From the human T2T-CHM13v2.0 reference genome, Homo sapiens: DNA of 64,000 nucleotides. Each line of letters starts with the position of its first letter. Positions within the stretch are counted from its first letter, which is position 1. Shown here piece by piece: positions 39,901 through 52,808 of this stretch. The stretch is from the NCBI RefSeq assembly GCF_009914755.1, contig NC_060931.1. One strand, 5' to 3'. A model generated the notes under the pieces. That model had not been told where the DNA came from. It saw only the letters and a list, made by a program, of their open reading frames with translations, and made no database searches. Position numbers and translations under genes: made by a program.

Positions 39901-40329
39901 AACACAGACCAAATTTTCCATGAGGAAAAACTTTTTCATTGTTACATTGTCAATGTATAATTTATTCCCTGGAACATTAAAAGTACTCAAAGAATAATTG
40001 AGAATGAATAAAGCAAGTCATGCTTATAATTTAGACTAGAATCACAGCTGTAAGAATGTAAAATTGGGGAATTTATATCTATTGTGGAGCAAATCAGAAG
40101 GTTTTAAATATATTCTATATAGCACTAATAAAATAAATGACATGGATGACTTTCAAAAGAAGTATTTTGGCATTAGAAGGATGACGATGCCACTAAGAAA
40201 TTCCTTCATAATTTTATGGAATGTTTTATAATTAATATCACTATAATCATGCAATTAATAATTATAACTGATAATCATGTTACTGTGATATTTTAGTTTA
40301 TGTTTAGAGTTATAAGGTTAGCACAGAAA

Positions 40330-40485
40330 GCTGTATATTACCTTACAGGAATTTTTTCTGCCCTACAAGGTAACATTATTCTGTATCACAACTTATTTTG
40401 TTTGATCTGTGAGATGGGTAGAGTAAGCATAATATTCTCACTTTAAGGGTGAGAATATTGATAAGCAGTGAGATAAGCTTGCTTC
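40330..40485 (-). mobile_element. MIR fragment
   Basis: CTGTGAGATGGGTAGAG..ATATTCTCACTTTAAGGGTGAGAATATTGA. Confidence 0.5.
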
Positions 40486-41284
40486 TGTAATTGAGATACA
40501 TTGCAAATTCTCAACTATGAAAGAATGCAAATAAAATTTGAAAAAATAAAACTTGATTTTACTAGATAGCTAGTAGGTAAATTAAATGATCCTAAGTGTT
40601 TTTATAATGGATATTCATACATTTTTGCTACTAGCTTTTGTTCCATTAAGTATGTTAATTTTAAATAATAATTTTGCTATTTCAATAAAAATAATGACCT
40701 CATTGAACTTAAAAGAACAAGTAAAAACAGAATAAGCGATATTTCATAAATTTCAAAGAATTTTTCCTATGGATTTGTTTGTTTTAGTAGACACATATGA
40801 TTGATAAGTCATTCTCTAATGGAAATGTTCTGATAAGAAAATTTAGCTAAATGTCTTGAGATTTTCTTTCCAGATATTCACAAATGGAAATGTAGACATT
40901 ACCTATGTAAAAAGCATTACTATCTTCATTATTTCTAAATAACACCAAATTACATGCAAATATGACTTAAATTTAATAGATTTAAGTACTTTGTTATTTA
41001 AGGATCTAGAGTCACAGATGTATATTTTAGTGAGTATATATGTGTTGAAATTATGTCTAAAATTATTTTACTACAAATATTAGATATTTAAAACCACAGT
41101 ACTCTATACCTACTCAATATTCGTTAAGTGTTTACTATGCCAAGGTGGTTTCCTAAAGCAAGGAAGAGAGCCACTGAGGAACTATATACCAAGTATTATA
41201 ACATAAGGTGAGACTTTGGTGATCATTACATTCTTCTTCTTAAGTATAATTGCTATGAACTATTATTTTAATTGTGACAGTAAG

Positions 41285-41480
41285 TGCAGTATACTCAAAG
41301 ACTCAAAGGAACTGGACCCTAGTAACAAACCAACTTCCACTGCTTAGTAGCTCTGTGATCTTGAACAAAGTGCTTCACATCTCTGAGCTTGTATTCTTAT
41401 TCAATAAAATATGATAATTCTATAGGGCTTACAGGCTTTTAAAAAATTTTAATGAGTGTGTGAATAGACTTAAAAGGCTA
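41285..41480 (+). mobile_element. MIR SINE
   Basis: TTAGTAGCTCTGTGATCTTGAACAAAGTGCTTCACATCTCTGAGCTT..TTCTTATTCAATAAAAT. Confidence 0.8.
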
Positions 41481-41769
41481 AATCCATATTTGACTAGGGA
41501 GATATTCCATCAATGTATCAGTGTATCAAGTTGTTAGTTACTATAGTTACTTGATAGTCAATAGTTTATTTTTACCCTATTTAATACTGGATAGATAGGT
41601 AGATAGATAGATATAGCATACATTTTATAAAACACAGACTAAATACCACATATGAATCTCTTTTCTATTTAAGAACAAACAGTGCCTACATATGTGCATC
41701 TCATTATATTTTATCTGTAGCTAAGATATAATCACAATCCTGAAATTTGTGTTTCCATTCCCTTACTTT

Positions 41770-42475
41770 CTCTGTATTGCTTTGTTCTCTCCAGTTTTTT
41801 GTAGTGTGGGGTGGAGGACGTCCTATAATCTTCCAAATATATCTCAGGTTTTAGTGGGACTGTGACCATCATAAGTATTTCTCCTTGCATAGCTTTTTTT
41901 TTTTTTTTTTTTACCCTCAGGTGAGACAGAAGGGTTATAGGGGGCTTTGGTGAAAGTAACACCTTTATCCACACCCCAAGGAAAGTGTCTGATAAAGTAT
42001 TTCTACTGAAGAGTAGGTCTTTGTTATGGAAGAAGCTCTGGGTATATTTCACAATGATTACTTTTTCTCTCTCCCTGTCAGAAACATTATGGAATCTTTC
42101 ATGGCTCTTCACTGTAAGAACCTGCTGGGATTACTGAAGAAGTAAAAACATGAAGATTTGAGCTTTCCTCTATGACTGGGGTCTTTGGGCTTTTCTCTCA
42201 ATTTACTCAGCCTCTAGCAATTTGTCAAAAGTACAATTGGAATATTCTTTCCAGTTTATGATGTCAGCAGCTTCTGGTTAGATAAGCAGGTCTTGGCTGT
42301 GACCTACTGGATTTGCTTTATTCTTCAGTTTTTAGAACGGTCGCTTGTACCCAAGCCCAGTCTTCTGATTGTTCTACCAAAAGTCACTGCTGTTCAGGTT
42401 TTCAGCTTTTTCTTGTGATAACAGGAGCAATGACTTCCATTTCCTTTATATGGCAGAGCTGAAAGGGGAAGTTAA
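41770..42475 (-). mobile_element. Old L1 5' region (L1MC/L1MD-type)
   Basis: TTTGTTATGGAAGAAGCTCTGGGTATATTTCACAATGATTACTTTT, CTTCACTGTAAGAACCTG, TTCAGCTTTTTCTTGT...GGAGCAATGACTTCC. Confidence 0.7.
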
Positions 42476-42479
42476 TATC

Positions 42480-43300
42480 TTCACCTTTGAAAAATTGTTT
42501 CATTGGATACCCAGTTTTACCTTAATATATGTTTTTATCTCATCTTTTGGAAGATATAATTATATTTTATTTTTCTACTATTGTGGTTGAGATCTGTTGT
42601 TAGTGTATTTGCAGCCCCTTTTTGGTTATCTGTCCTTTCTTCCTAGCAGTTTATATGATCTCATTTTGTCTTGGACATTTCTCAATTTCAGCACAATGTG
42701 TCTAGACATGGATTTGTTTTTTTGCTTTGGACACACTGGGCTTCCTAAAGCCTGTATATTCGTGATTGTCCATACATTTAGAAGTGTCAGAATCATTATT
42801 TCTTCAAACATTGCCTTGTCACTTTTCTCTTCTTCTGGAAATGTGATGAGATACGTATTACCCATTTTTTTTAATCCTCCATATTTCTTGTTTTTCACAC
42901 TTTTTAAGTTGTTATATTTCTGCACTAAAAAAATTTTTTATTTTTATTTTCCAGTTGACAAATTCTCTGCTTAGTTGAACCTAAATCTGAATTTAAAACA
43001 ATATATTGAGCTTTGATTTCAACAATTACATCCTTTATTTTTGTAACTCTTATTTTTTGCATATTTGTCTGTTTATTCTTGTCCATCCAGACTTCATTAT
43101 AATTAGCTCTTTTGTTTCTCTAAAAATACGTTACATAGGCTTGATATTCTGAATCTTGCCATTCTTATATTTTCTGTCTTTGGTGACATAAATCTTCCTT
43201 TATTTTTCATTTGTCTCTAATAATTGTCTTTATGGTAAAATGTCTTCCTGTATCTTTTGTGGCATTTGATTTAAAATAATTATTTTAATCGCTATGTGTT
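42480..43300 (-). mobile_element. L1/HAL1 ORF1 remnant (includes track ORF 42626-42925)
   Basis: Translation NTYLITFPEEE..AMFEEIM...NIQ...RHIVLKLRNVQDK aligns by eye to L1 ORF1p RRM motifs (NLRLIGVPE, RHIIVRF). Confidence 0.8.
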
Positions 43301-45961
43301 TTGGAGGCCCAAACTGTGGAATCTTTCCTTTACTTAAAAACTAGGTTTGCTCCTAAAGATAGCTGGGAAATGCTGCTTATCAAGGTTATTTTATTAACTC
43401 TCAAGAGACCAGCCTTAGGGTAGGAACTCTAGACCCTTCTGATTTGCTGTTAAATCGATGATCAATATACATGACAGGGGTGATGCTATTTGCATATTTC
43501 CACAGAGTAAACTTCCCTTCTTGGCTACCTCTTGGTTTCCAGCTCTGACTAAAATAATCTTTTAGTGGCTGCGGATGGATCTATCCACAAGCATGTGTCA
43601 TCCTGGGTTCTAATTATTCCATAGTAGGAGAAATAGTAAAATCTTAGTCTACAATATTGATAGAAGCAGAAGTTGTAATTTCCTAACACTTGGTATAAAT
43701 TAGTTTGAACTATGATTTAGACTTATGTCTGAATTGAAGTCTTTCTATTAGAATACAAGACCTTCTCAATCAGGACAACTTATACACCTATTTACATACC
43801 TATTCCTTACTGGTTCCATATATAGTGGAATTGCATAACTTGTTGATAATTATTCTCAGGTGTTAATTATTCTTATTGTTTCTAGCTATGTCAGAAATGA
43901 TGGACTCAGAGATTTCCTCTGCCAGGCCTTAAAGATTTTCTTTGACATTAAAGGCACTGTATAATTACCTCTCAGATTTCGCACTCTGTAGTTCTTTTAG
44001 TGTCTAGGTATTAACATGATGAAATTGTTGATCACTACACACTCATCTCAAGGATATTTTTCTTCTATAAGATAAAGAGCACTATGCAAGACTAGGTAAA
44101 GAGATAATAAAAAAAGAACTCAAAAGTAGACCATGTAATATGCTTGCCAGATAAAAAATATAGGATAAAGAGAATTTCAGAATTTTCTGGATTATATTAG
44201 TCTAATATGTTGTGAACTTTCATAATTTACCTTAACATCCTTTTACTTTTTCAAATAAAATTCAATTTTTAAAAGGTATTTTCATGACAGTATGCATTAA
44301 GCATAAGCATATACAGGCTTTGTGAAATTAAATATTGATTTTCTAAAAAATTATATTTTACTCAGATTTGTAATTCAGAAAAACGAATATGTTCAGTATT
44401 TGAACATATAGTAGAAAACCCAACAAGTTATATATAATAAGTTGTCTTTTCTAACTTGTGCCTTATTTGTATTCCTTGCTTGATATCTGCTGAAAAGCTC
44501 TTGTACCTGTCCTACAGCATAAACATCTAATTTTAACATGGATTAATGTTTCAAATCTACAATTCATTAGGTACTCTAATTTCAGGAATAGTTCTTTATA
44601 CCATGAAGTACTATTATAGGCAACATATGAAAGGGCAAGCTGCATGAATGGTAGTTTTTTAGGCAAAATAGGAGGTTTTTTTTCCCCCTGAGAATTGGAT
44701 AAACCAGTTGAAGAAAGTTTAAGAAAAAAAAAAAAAAGAGCTTGATTTTTTAGAAATTTTATTGGCCTAATAAATCAAAACCCCTTAGGGAAGAAATTAT
44801 CTCTATTCTCTTTTTCTCTTTCTTGTCCCCCTTTTTGGATGTCTTCCCAGTGCCATAGTGCAAACAGAGTAGGCACTAAATAAATATTTGTTTGTATAGT
44901 GAATTTAAAATGTGGGTGTTTAAGACTGAGATGGATTGTAGCTACTGTTACCTTCTCTAGAGAGGTTGAATAACTCACACTAGTTGAAAAATAAACTCCT
45001 TTTTAATTAGTAACACTAGTAGAAGGTTTAAAATTCTATTGAAGGTGTGAGTATGTGTGCGTGTGTGTTGTGTTGGATGCAGCAGAATATGTATGCCCTT
45101 ACATTGCCAAATAATATTCACAAGTCTTTTATCACACACAAACCCACAGACCCATACGCCCTTATAGCCTTAAGTGTGCAGTTTGGTTGAAAGATCTAAA
45201 TCACTCTTTATTCTAATATAATGAGACTATTAATTCAAATTTTGAGGAAATGTCACAGGGAAATACTTAAATAATAGAGGATCAAGAGAATATGATGTAG
45301 GAAATGGACAGAGAAGGTTTATGGGAAGTTGAAAATTATGCAGATAGTTGAAAAACAAATAATGTTCATGGGAGGGTGAAAAAAAGGCTTTAGAACAAAA
45401 AATGTCTGATGTTTATTTTCAGAAATTCTATAATACACAATCTCACTATTCACCCAAACTTGCAAACACTTGAATATCTTAAGTGAATGGTTTTGAGGGA
45501 AAAAAAATGACTGAGTTCAATATCTAGATAGTTGTGGAGTAAAAAAGATGAGTATAGCCTTAGAATATGGGGGGCAGGGGTGAGGGTAAGGATGCTAAGG
45601 ACCCAGCAAATGCAAACAGCTATAATTGGAAGGGATCTAATGTTAGAAAATGTGAGAAGTTCATTGGAATTTGAGGAGTTTATTTATGCCCTATATTGTG
45701 CAAGATTGAGTATATTGAATTAAATCTCAAAGATCATTCTGAGTCCCAAAGAAAGGTGAGTTAAAATGCAAACTTAATTAAATGCATACTTACACATTCT
45801 TGACAATGTGGAGGATTCAAAATAGAAGATTCCTGCTTTTCGGGAGCTTCAGATTTATATTAGAGGGACACGCAAAATCCACAGTTGTTCTGAAGATCAA
45901 ATAAACAGAACCTGGATTTAGTCCCTAAAATGTGAAAGCACTATAAGGAAATTTTGCTACA

Positions 45962-46201
45962 TAGATACTCTTTGACTTATGATGACGGGATATCTCAATA
46001 AACCCATCATAAGTTGAAAATATAATAAATGAAAAATGCATTTACTACCAAATAAACTCATTGCAAAGTTAAAAAAAAAAACTGTAACTCGAGCAATAGT
46101 AAGTCCAGATGCCCCTCAACTTAGATGAAGTTGGTTTCCAATGAACTCATCGTGAAGTCAAAAAATTATAAATTGAACAATCATAAGTTGGGGACCATCT
46201 G
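45962..46201 (+). mobile_element. Short MER47-family (Tigger5-derived) element with internal duplicated terminus
   Basis: AGATACTCTTTGACTTATGATG..ATAAACCCATCATAAGTTGAAAATA, internal CAGATGCCCCTCAACTTA, end CATAAGTTGGGGACCATCTG-TA. Confidence 0.85.
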
Positions 46202-46539
46202 TATGAATAACTGAGTGGCTTAAAGGAAAGTACACTGATGGATTAGTCCTACAGTCTAGTGGGGAACCAGCTTATGTGGCAGAATTCTCTATTTATCAGT
46301 ATTTTCCTGTGAACTTCTATCCTTTATTTTCTTTCCTGAAGGTAATGCTTTTATCAGACCAGAATCTAATATTCCCTTTTAAATAAGACCACCTTAAGAA
46401 CTTCTTTTACATCAAAGGTGAAATTGGGACTTAAAATGTCTATCATTTAAGTTTTTGTTGAAAGGATATTCTGTATCCAAATGAGAAACATATTGCCAGA
46501 ATATAAATAATTCTCGAATTAATTTGAAAATATATTCAG

Positions 46540-47906
46540 AGCCAATAAATAAGCATGTTAATTCACAGGTTTCTAGGAACACAGAGGGATAATACCTTAA
46601 CATCAATATATATTACATCAACATTGGTAAAATACAGATAAAGTGGTGCTAAAAGGGATATTTTTACCATTAAGTGCTTATAATAAAAGGAAAACAGGAT
46701 CTAAAGTCAATAATCTTAGCATCCACCTAAAGAATGCAGAAGAAACGCAAATCAAGCAAAGTATGTAGGGCTAAAGAAATAATGAAGGTAAGAGTGAAAA
46801 TCATGTAATTAAAAAGTAGAAAAATATCCAGAAATTGAAATCAAAAGTTGATTCTTTGGAAAGATCAAAATAGCAATAGACATTTATCTAATCTGATGTT
46901 AAGAAAAACAAAAAATACGACAACATATTACCAAAATTAAAAATCAGAGAAGGGACATTACTAAAGTCTCTAAATAAAATAATTAGAAGAAAATATTATG
47001 CACAACTTTATGTCAAAAATCAAATAAATGAAATATGAAATTTATAAATAGAAAACAGTTTACTCAAGAATAAATAAAACCTGGATATACCAACAACAAC
47101 TAAAAAGACTGAATTAGTAATAATAAAAAAATAAATCTTTCCATGAAGAAACACCCACGCTCAAATACCTTTACTGGGGATTTTAGCAAACATGTAAAAA
47201 GAAGAAATAAAGAAGAACGTTGTAATGATGTTACAACATAAAGCAAATAAACAGTACACTGTTCATTTGCTCAATTTTCAGCCTCAATTTGATTAGAAAT
47301 ATAAATTGAACAAGACAACAGTTTGCTTATCATATTAAAAAATTAAAAAAATTAATGAGGCCTCTGTATCCTAAAATATGATGTCATAAGTACTGCAAAG
47401 GCTGTAGATCATGACCTAAACAATTTTGATTGTATATCTAAATCTCAGGAAATGAAAAAAAAATCTAAAAAGTCTTTTTACCTCTTCAAAGCCACAAAAA
47501 TGTGAATAAAATTTATTGCATAGGCCTCTAGTTATTAAAATACATTGACATTGACATAGTAGGTAAAGAAAATAGATTTTAAAAAGTAAGTAAACATATA
47601 AAACTCCTTCAAATTTCTATTTGTTTAGAAAATTTAAAACATACTCCTAAATAACTAATGGGTTGAAGAAGAAATTATAATGGAAATTAAATTTAGATTT
47701 GATTGACAGTCAAAATACTGCATGCCAAATCTTATAAAGTGAAATTAATGTGAATATTTATAGTTCAATATTTATATTATAAAAATATTTTATATTAATT
47801 CATGAATTGTGTTCAGATTAAGATGCTTTTAAAAAATGATACACAGAATAAACCTAAAGAAGATAGGTATAAAGGTATAATAAAGATAAAGCAGGACTTA
47901 ATGAAC
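46540..47906 (+). mobile_element. Ancient L1M ORF2 fragments
   Basis: TCTTAGCATCCACCTAAAGAA, AAATCAAAAGTTGATTCTTTGGAAAGATCAA, AATATTATGCACAACTTTATGTCAA, CTAAATAACTAATGGGTTGAAGAAGAAAT. Confidence 0.8.
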
Positions 47907-47916
47907 GAGAAAATAA

Positions 47917-48198
47917 GCCAGGCATGGTGGCTCATGCTTGTAATCCCAGCACTTTGGGAGGCCGAGGCAGGAGGATTACCTGAAGTCAGGAGTTCAAGAT
48001 CAGCCTGGCCAACATGGGGAAACCCCGTCTCTACTAAGAAAAATACAAAAATTAGCCAGGCATGGTGGCACATACCTGTAATCTCGGCTACTCGGGGGAT
48101 GAGGAAGGAGAATTACTTGAGCCTGGGAGACAGAGGTTGCAGTGAGCCAAGATTACACCACTGCACTCCAGCCTTACCAACAGAGCAAGACTCTGTCT

Positions 48199-48249
<51 letters not shown>
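47917..48249 (+). mobile_element. Full-length AluS (Sx/Sz-like) with 50-nt poly(A) tail
   Basis: ACCTGAAGTCAGGAGTTCAAGATCAGCCTGGCCAACATGG; A run 48200-48249; TSD GAGAAAATAA at 47907-47916 and 48258-48267. Confidence 0.96.
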
Positions 48250-48250
<1 letters not shown>

Positions 48251-48983
48251 AGAGAGAGAGAAAATAAAGTTAATAAGTAAGAAAGCATGAATATATTAAA
48301 AATTTGAAAGGAGACATAAATCCAAATTTACTTTACAGTAAAAATTATGTGAAAATACTATCACAATTTGATGTAAAAAAATTAAAAATCTTACACAAAA
48401 TAATAATTGGGCTAGGTTTGAAATTTCATGTGTTTGAATCCTCAACATACACTCTTCATTACATATTGTAGTTTTATATCATATTTTAATACATTTTCTT
48501 CCAGATCTTTACATCCATCTATATCTATGTATTGTCTACATCTAGAAAACAGTACACAAATATCTTGCCAGTCTGTAGTCTATGTGTAGGTGCATGTACA
48601 TGCCCATAGTTATATATAATATAAACACGAATAAGTCCCACATAAAATTGTGCTCTGGTATTTCAAAGCAGAGAATAATCACCCATGAATTTAAGATGGG
48701 AGTAAATATTTGGTGAGAATTAGAAAAAAAATGAAAAAGCATTTATCCTTAGGGGAAAAATACTTACGGAAAAGTACATCTCAAATTGATAGAATGAGCA
48801 TGGGCAAGATAATGGTAACTTCTGAGTTAATATGAGCTAGTAGCATTTGTTTCCTTAAGAAGACTAGCTATTTGGATGTATATTTGGCGATATTAAAAAA
48901 ATACCTTCTAGTATGTTTCAGAACATTGGATAATGTGCAGTAACAACCACAATAATATGTGTTATTTCTAATGCCTTATTGGG

Positions 48984-49555
48984 TATTGGGAAACCATTAT
49001 TGAAAAATTTCTCACCTATTTACACATCTTGGCATTAACAGCACATACTCCAGAATTATATTTTCAATAATATATGTTAAGGCATCCTTGGAAAAGGAGA
49101 GACAGAGTTTTTCTCTGGAGCAAATTTATTTACATTCTCTGAGAGTAAACAGGGAGATATCCCTCTCCCTGGAGGACATTAGAGTGTAGTAAAGATTTCT
49201 TTTCCTGGAGATATATGATACATTTAAACATAATAAAGTTCATGTCTCCCTGCAGAGAGGAGAAAGGACAGGCTTGCCATCGTCTCCCGTAGATCAGGGT
49301 TTCCTAATCTCGGGTTTCCTCCCCTACAGTGCACACCCATAGCATATGTAGGCAACACTCAAGTCTCATCACATCACCCTGTGGGAATTAGGACTCAGGG
49401 AAATGACACCAATAACTACCATTTCTGTACCTAATAAACTGTCTATATTTATTTATATTTATTGTCTCCTTGCCAGCTGAGTCTATGGAAGTGTGGTAAG
49501 CCAACCTAGTAGTTGCCACCATGCTACTACTTAGAAATGGCTTCACTCATTGACA
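48984..49555 (+). mobile_element. ERVL solo LTR, LTR40/MER76-like
   Basis: CCTTGGAAAAGGAGAGACAG..CTCTGGAGCAAA, GGGTTTCCTAATCTCGGGTTTCCTC, CACCCTGTGGGAATTAGGACTCAGGGAA, AATAAACTGTC, terminal TTGACA. Confidence 0.75.
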
Positions 49556-49941
49556 TTAGGGTAATTTTTCCAAATTCTGGAATAGTTGGAAAATGAATTA
49601 GTTGATGTGAAAGTCAGGAGAAAATACAGATAAACGTCTACCAGATATAATTTGCTAACAAAAATACACTGTATATTTGTTACCTTTATATGCAATTAAC
49701 TTTCATTTTCAATTTAGTTCTTCACAAAAAATGGATGTACTAGCAATCACCAGATCTTATCCCTCAACCTATAGAAGGTACAGGTATTTTAAAATTATTA
49801 AAATACATCAGAGATTTATGTTACACATGAAGCTTATGGCTTAATTTTCCTACAGGATATTGGATAGATTTAAAATTATAAGACAAAATCATACAAAAAC
49901 ACAGAAAATATAGTGGATTATTCTGGATTTATGGTTATAAA

Positions 49942-50736
49942 CAGGCATATCTCATTTTACTGCACTCCACTTTATTATGCTTCACAGATACTGCATTTTT
50001 TACAAATTGAAGATCTGTGACAATGCTATGTCAAGCAAGCCTACTGGTGCCATTTTCCCAGAGTATGTGTTCACTTTGTGTCACTGTGTCATGTGTTAGT
50101 AAGTCTCACAATATTTAAAACTTTTTCATTATTATTATATCTCTTATGGTGATCTGTGTTCAGTTGTCTTTGATGTTACTATTATAATTGTTTGGGGTAC
50201 CATGAATCACGCCCATATAAGATGGTGAACTTAATCAATAAATGTGTGTGTTCTGACTGTTCCATCTACCAGCTGTTCCCGATCTCTCTCCTTCTTTTAG
50301 GGCTTCCCTATCCCCTGAGGCAAAACTGTTAAAATTAGACGAATTAATAATACTAATTTTAATAGTCTCTAGGTGTTCAAGTGAAAAGAAAAAGAGTCAC
50401 ATGTATCTCACTGTAAGTCAAAAGTTGGAAATAATTAAGCTTAGTGAGAAAGATATGTTAAAAGCTGAAACAGGCCAAAAGCTAGACCACTTGCACCAGT
50501 TAGCCAAACTGTAAGTGCAAAGGAAAGTTATCCAAGGAAATTAAAAGTGCTACTCCAGTGAACACACGAATGATAAGAAAGTGAAAATACGAAAAAGAAG
50601 GTGGCTGATATGGAGAAACTTTGAGTGGTGTAGATAGAAGATCCAACCAGCAACATTTCATTTTGCCAAAGCCTAATCCAGTGCAAGGCCCTAACTCTCT
50701 TCAATTCTATAAAGGCTGAGATAAGTGAAGAAGCTG
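49942..50736 (+). mobile_element. Tigger1 left part (TIR and decayed transposase N-terminus)
   Basis: CAGGCATATCTCATTTTA TIR; AAGGAAATTAAAAGTGCTACTCCAGTGAACACACGAATGATAAGAAAG; CAAGGCCCTAACTCTCTTCAATTCTAT. Confidence 0.95.
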
Positions 50737-50930
50737 TGTATACATTCCACTGCATATATATTTCAATGCATATACATGCATTACTATTCACAATAGCCAG
50801 GATATGGAATCCACCTAAATGCCGAGCTACAGATTCCATGGATGTGCATTCTATATCTGCACACCCATGTTTATTGTATTACTGTTCCATAGCCAAGATA
50901 TGGAATCCACATAAATGCCCATCTACAGAT

Positions 50931-51668
50931 ATGGGCATTTAAATGGATTCCATGTCTTGGCTATTGTGAATAGTAATACAATAAACATGGGTGTGCAGAT
51001 GTCTCTTTGACATAGTGATTTCATTTTATTTGGGTATGTATCCTGAAGTAAGATTGCTGGATCACATGGTAGTTCTATTTTTATTCTTTTGAGGAAGCTC
51101 CATACTGTATTTCATAATGGATGTACTAATTTACATTCCCATCAACAGTGTATGAGTTCCATTTTCTCCACATCCTCAACAATATTTGTTATTGTTTGTC
51201 TTTTAGATAATAGCCATTTTAACTGAGGTAGGGTGATATCTCATGGTTTTTTCTGCATCTCTCTGATGAGTAGTGATGTTGAACTTTTTCATATATCTTT
51301 TGTCCATTTGTATGTCTTCTTTTGATAAATGTTTGTTCAGGCCTTTTGCCCATTTTAAATTTGATTTCTTTCTTTCTACTGAGTTGTTTGAGCTCCTTAT
51401 GTATTCTGGATATTAATTCCTTGTCTGATGTATAGTTTTCAAGTACTTTCTCCCTTTCTGCAGGTTGTCTCTTCACTTTATTAATTGTTTCCTTCGTTTG
51501 TTGTGCAGAAGCTTTTTCGTTTGATATAATCCCATTTTGTCTGTTTTTGCTTTGGTTGCCTGTGTTTTTGAGGTCTTATTCAAAAAGTCCTTGCCCGATC
51601 CAATTTTATGAAGCATTTTCCCTGTTTTCTTCTATTAGTTTCATGGTTTCAGCTATCACATTTATGTT
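50931..51668 (-). mobile_element. L1MA-type ORF2 C-terminal fragment nested in Tigger1, lacking 3' UTR and poly(A)
   Basis: TTGCTGGATCACATGGTAGTTCTATTTT, TACTAATTTACATTCCCATCAACAGTGTA, TGTGCAGAAGCTTTTT; track ORF 51219-51476 (KRQPAEREKVLENYTSDKELISRIHKELKQL) is ORF2p-like. Confidence 0.92.
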
Positions 51669-52808
51669 TTTAAGTCCAGTGTTGAGACCTACTGCTCAGA
51701 AAAAAATATTTATTTCAAAATATTACTGCTTATTGACAGTGCACCTAGTCAACCAAGCGCTCTGATGGAAATGAATGAGAAAATTAAAGCTGTTTTTTCA
51801 TGCCTGCTAACACAACATCCATTCTGTAGCCCATTGCTAAAGGAGTAAATTTGAATGCCAAATATTATTTATTTAAGAAATACATTTCATAATGCTATAG
51901 CTGCCATAGATAGTGATTGTTCTGGATGAGCCTGGGCTAAGTAAATTGAAAATATTTTGTGAAGGATTTACTATTCTAGATGCCTTTAAGAACATTTGTG
52001 ATTTATAGGAAGATTTTGAAATAACAACATCAAAAGGATTTAGAAAGAAGTTTATTCCAACCCTCATGGATGACTTTGAGGGATTCAAAACATCAGTGGA
52101 GGAAGTCACTGCAGATACGGTGGAAATAGCAGGATAGTTAGAAGTATTATAGAGTCTGAAGGGGTGACTAAAAATTGCTGCAATCTCATGATGAAACTTG
52201 AGTGGAAGAGGATTTGCTTTTATAGATGAGCAAAGAAAGCAGTTTCTTGAGATGGTCTCTATTTCTGGTAAAGATACTGTGAACATTGTTTAGATGAAAA
52301 CAAAGTATTTAGAATATTACATAAACTTAGTTAATAAAGCAGGGGAAGGTTTTGAGAGGGTTGACTCCAATTTCAAAAGAACTGTTGGAAAAAATGCTAT
52401 CAAAAAACATCACATGATACAAAGAAATCGCTCTTATAAAGAAAACCAATCAACCTGGCAAACTTTGTTATTTTAAGAAATTGCCACAGCCACTCCAACC
52501 TTTAGCAAACACTACCCTGATCAGTCAGCATAAATCAATGTTGAAGCAAGACCCTCTGTCAATATAACGCTTGTGACTTATTGAAGGCTCAGATGATCTT
52601 TTGCATGTTTTAATAATATAATATTTTAAAATGAAGTATGTACATTTTTAAGACATAATGCTATTGCACACTTAATAAACTACAGTATAGTGCAAAAATA
52701 GCTTTTAGATGCACTGGGAAATCAGAAAGTTTGTGTAACTTGCTTTATTATATTTACCTTATTGCAGTGGTCTGGAACCAAACTTGTAGTATCTCTGACA
52801 TATGTGTG
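51669..52808 (+). mobile_element. Tigger1 right part (decayed DDE domain and TIR)
   Basis: GTTGAGACCTACTGCTCAGAAAAAAA, CATGCCTGCTAACACAACATCCATTCTG, CCAACCCTCATGGATGACTTTGAGGG, TTATTGCAGTGGTCTGGAACCAAAC. Confidence 0.95.

Noticed and set aside
42626-42925. 99-aa ORF with L1 ORF1p similarity as a possible domesticated gene
   Set aside because: Short, non-ATG start, key motifs degraded, flanked by decayed repeat; no sign of preservation
47802-48290. Longest ORF in the track (162 aa)
   Set aside because: Reads through L1 debris, an AluS and its poly(A) (poly-Lys); typical Alu-derived spurious ORF
49942-52808. Tigger1 transposase as a functional or domesticated gene
   Set aside because: Start region altered, frameshifts and stops, internal deletion and L1 interruption; track ORFs here are antisense or short
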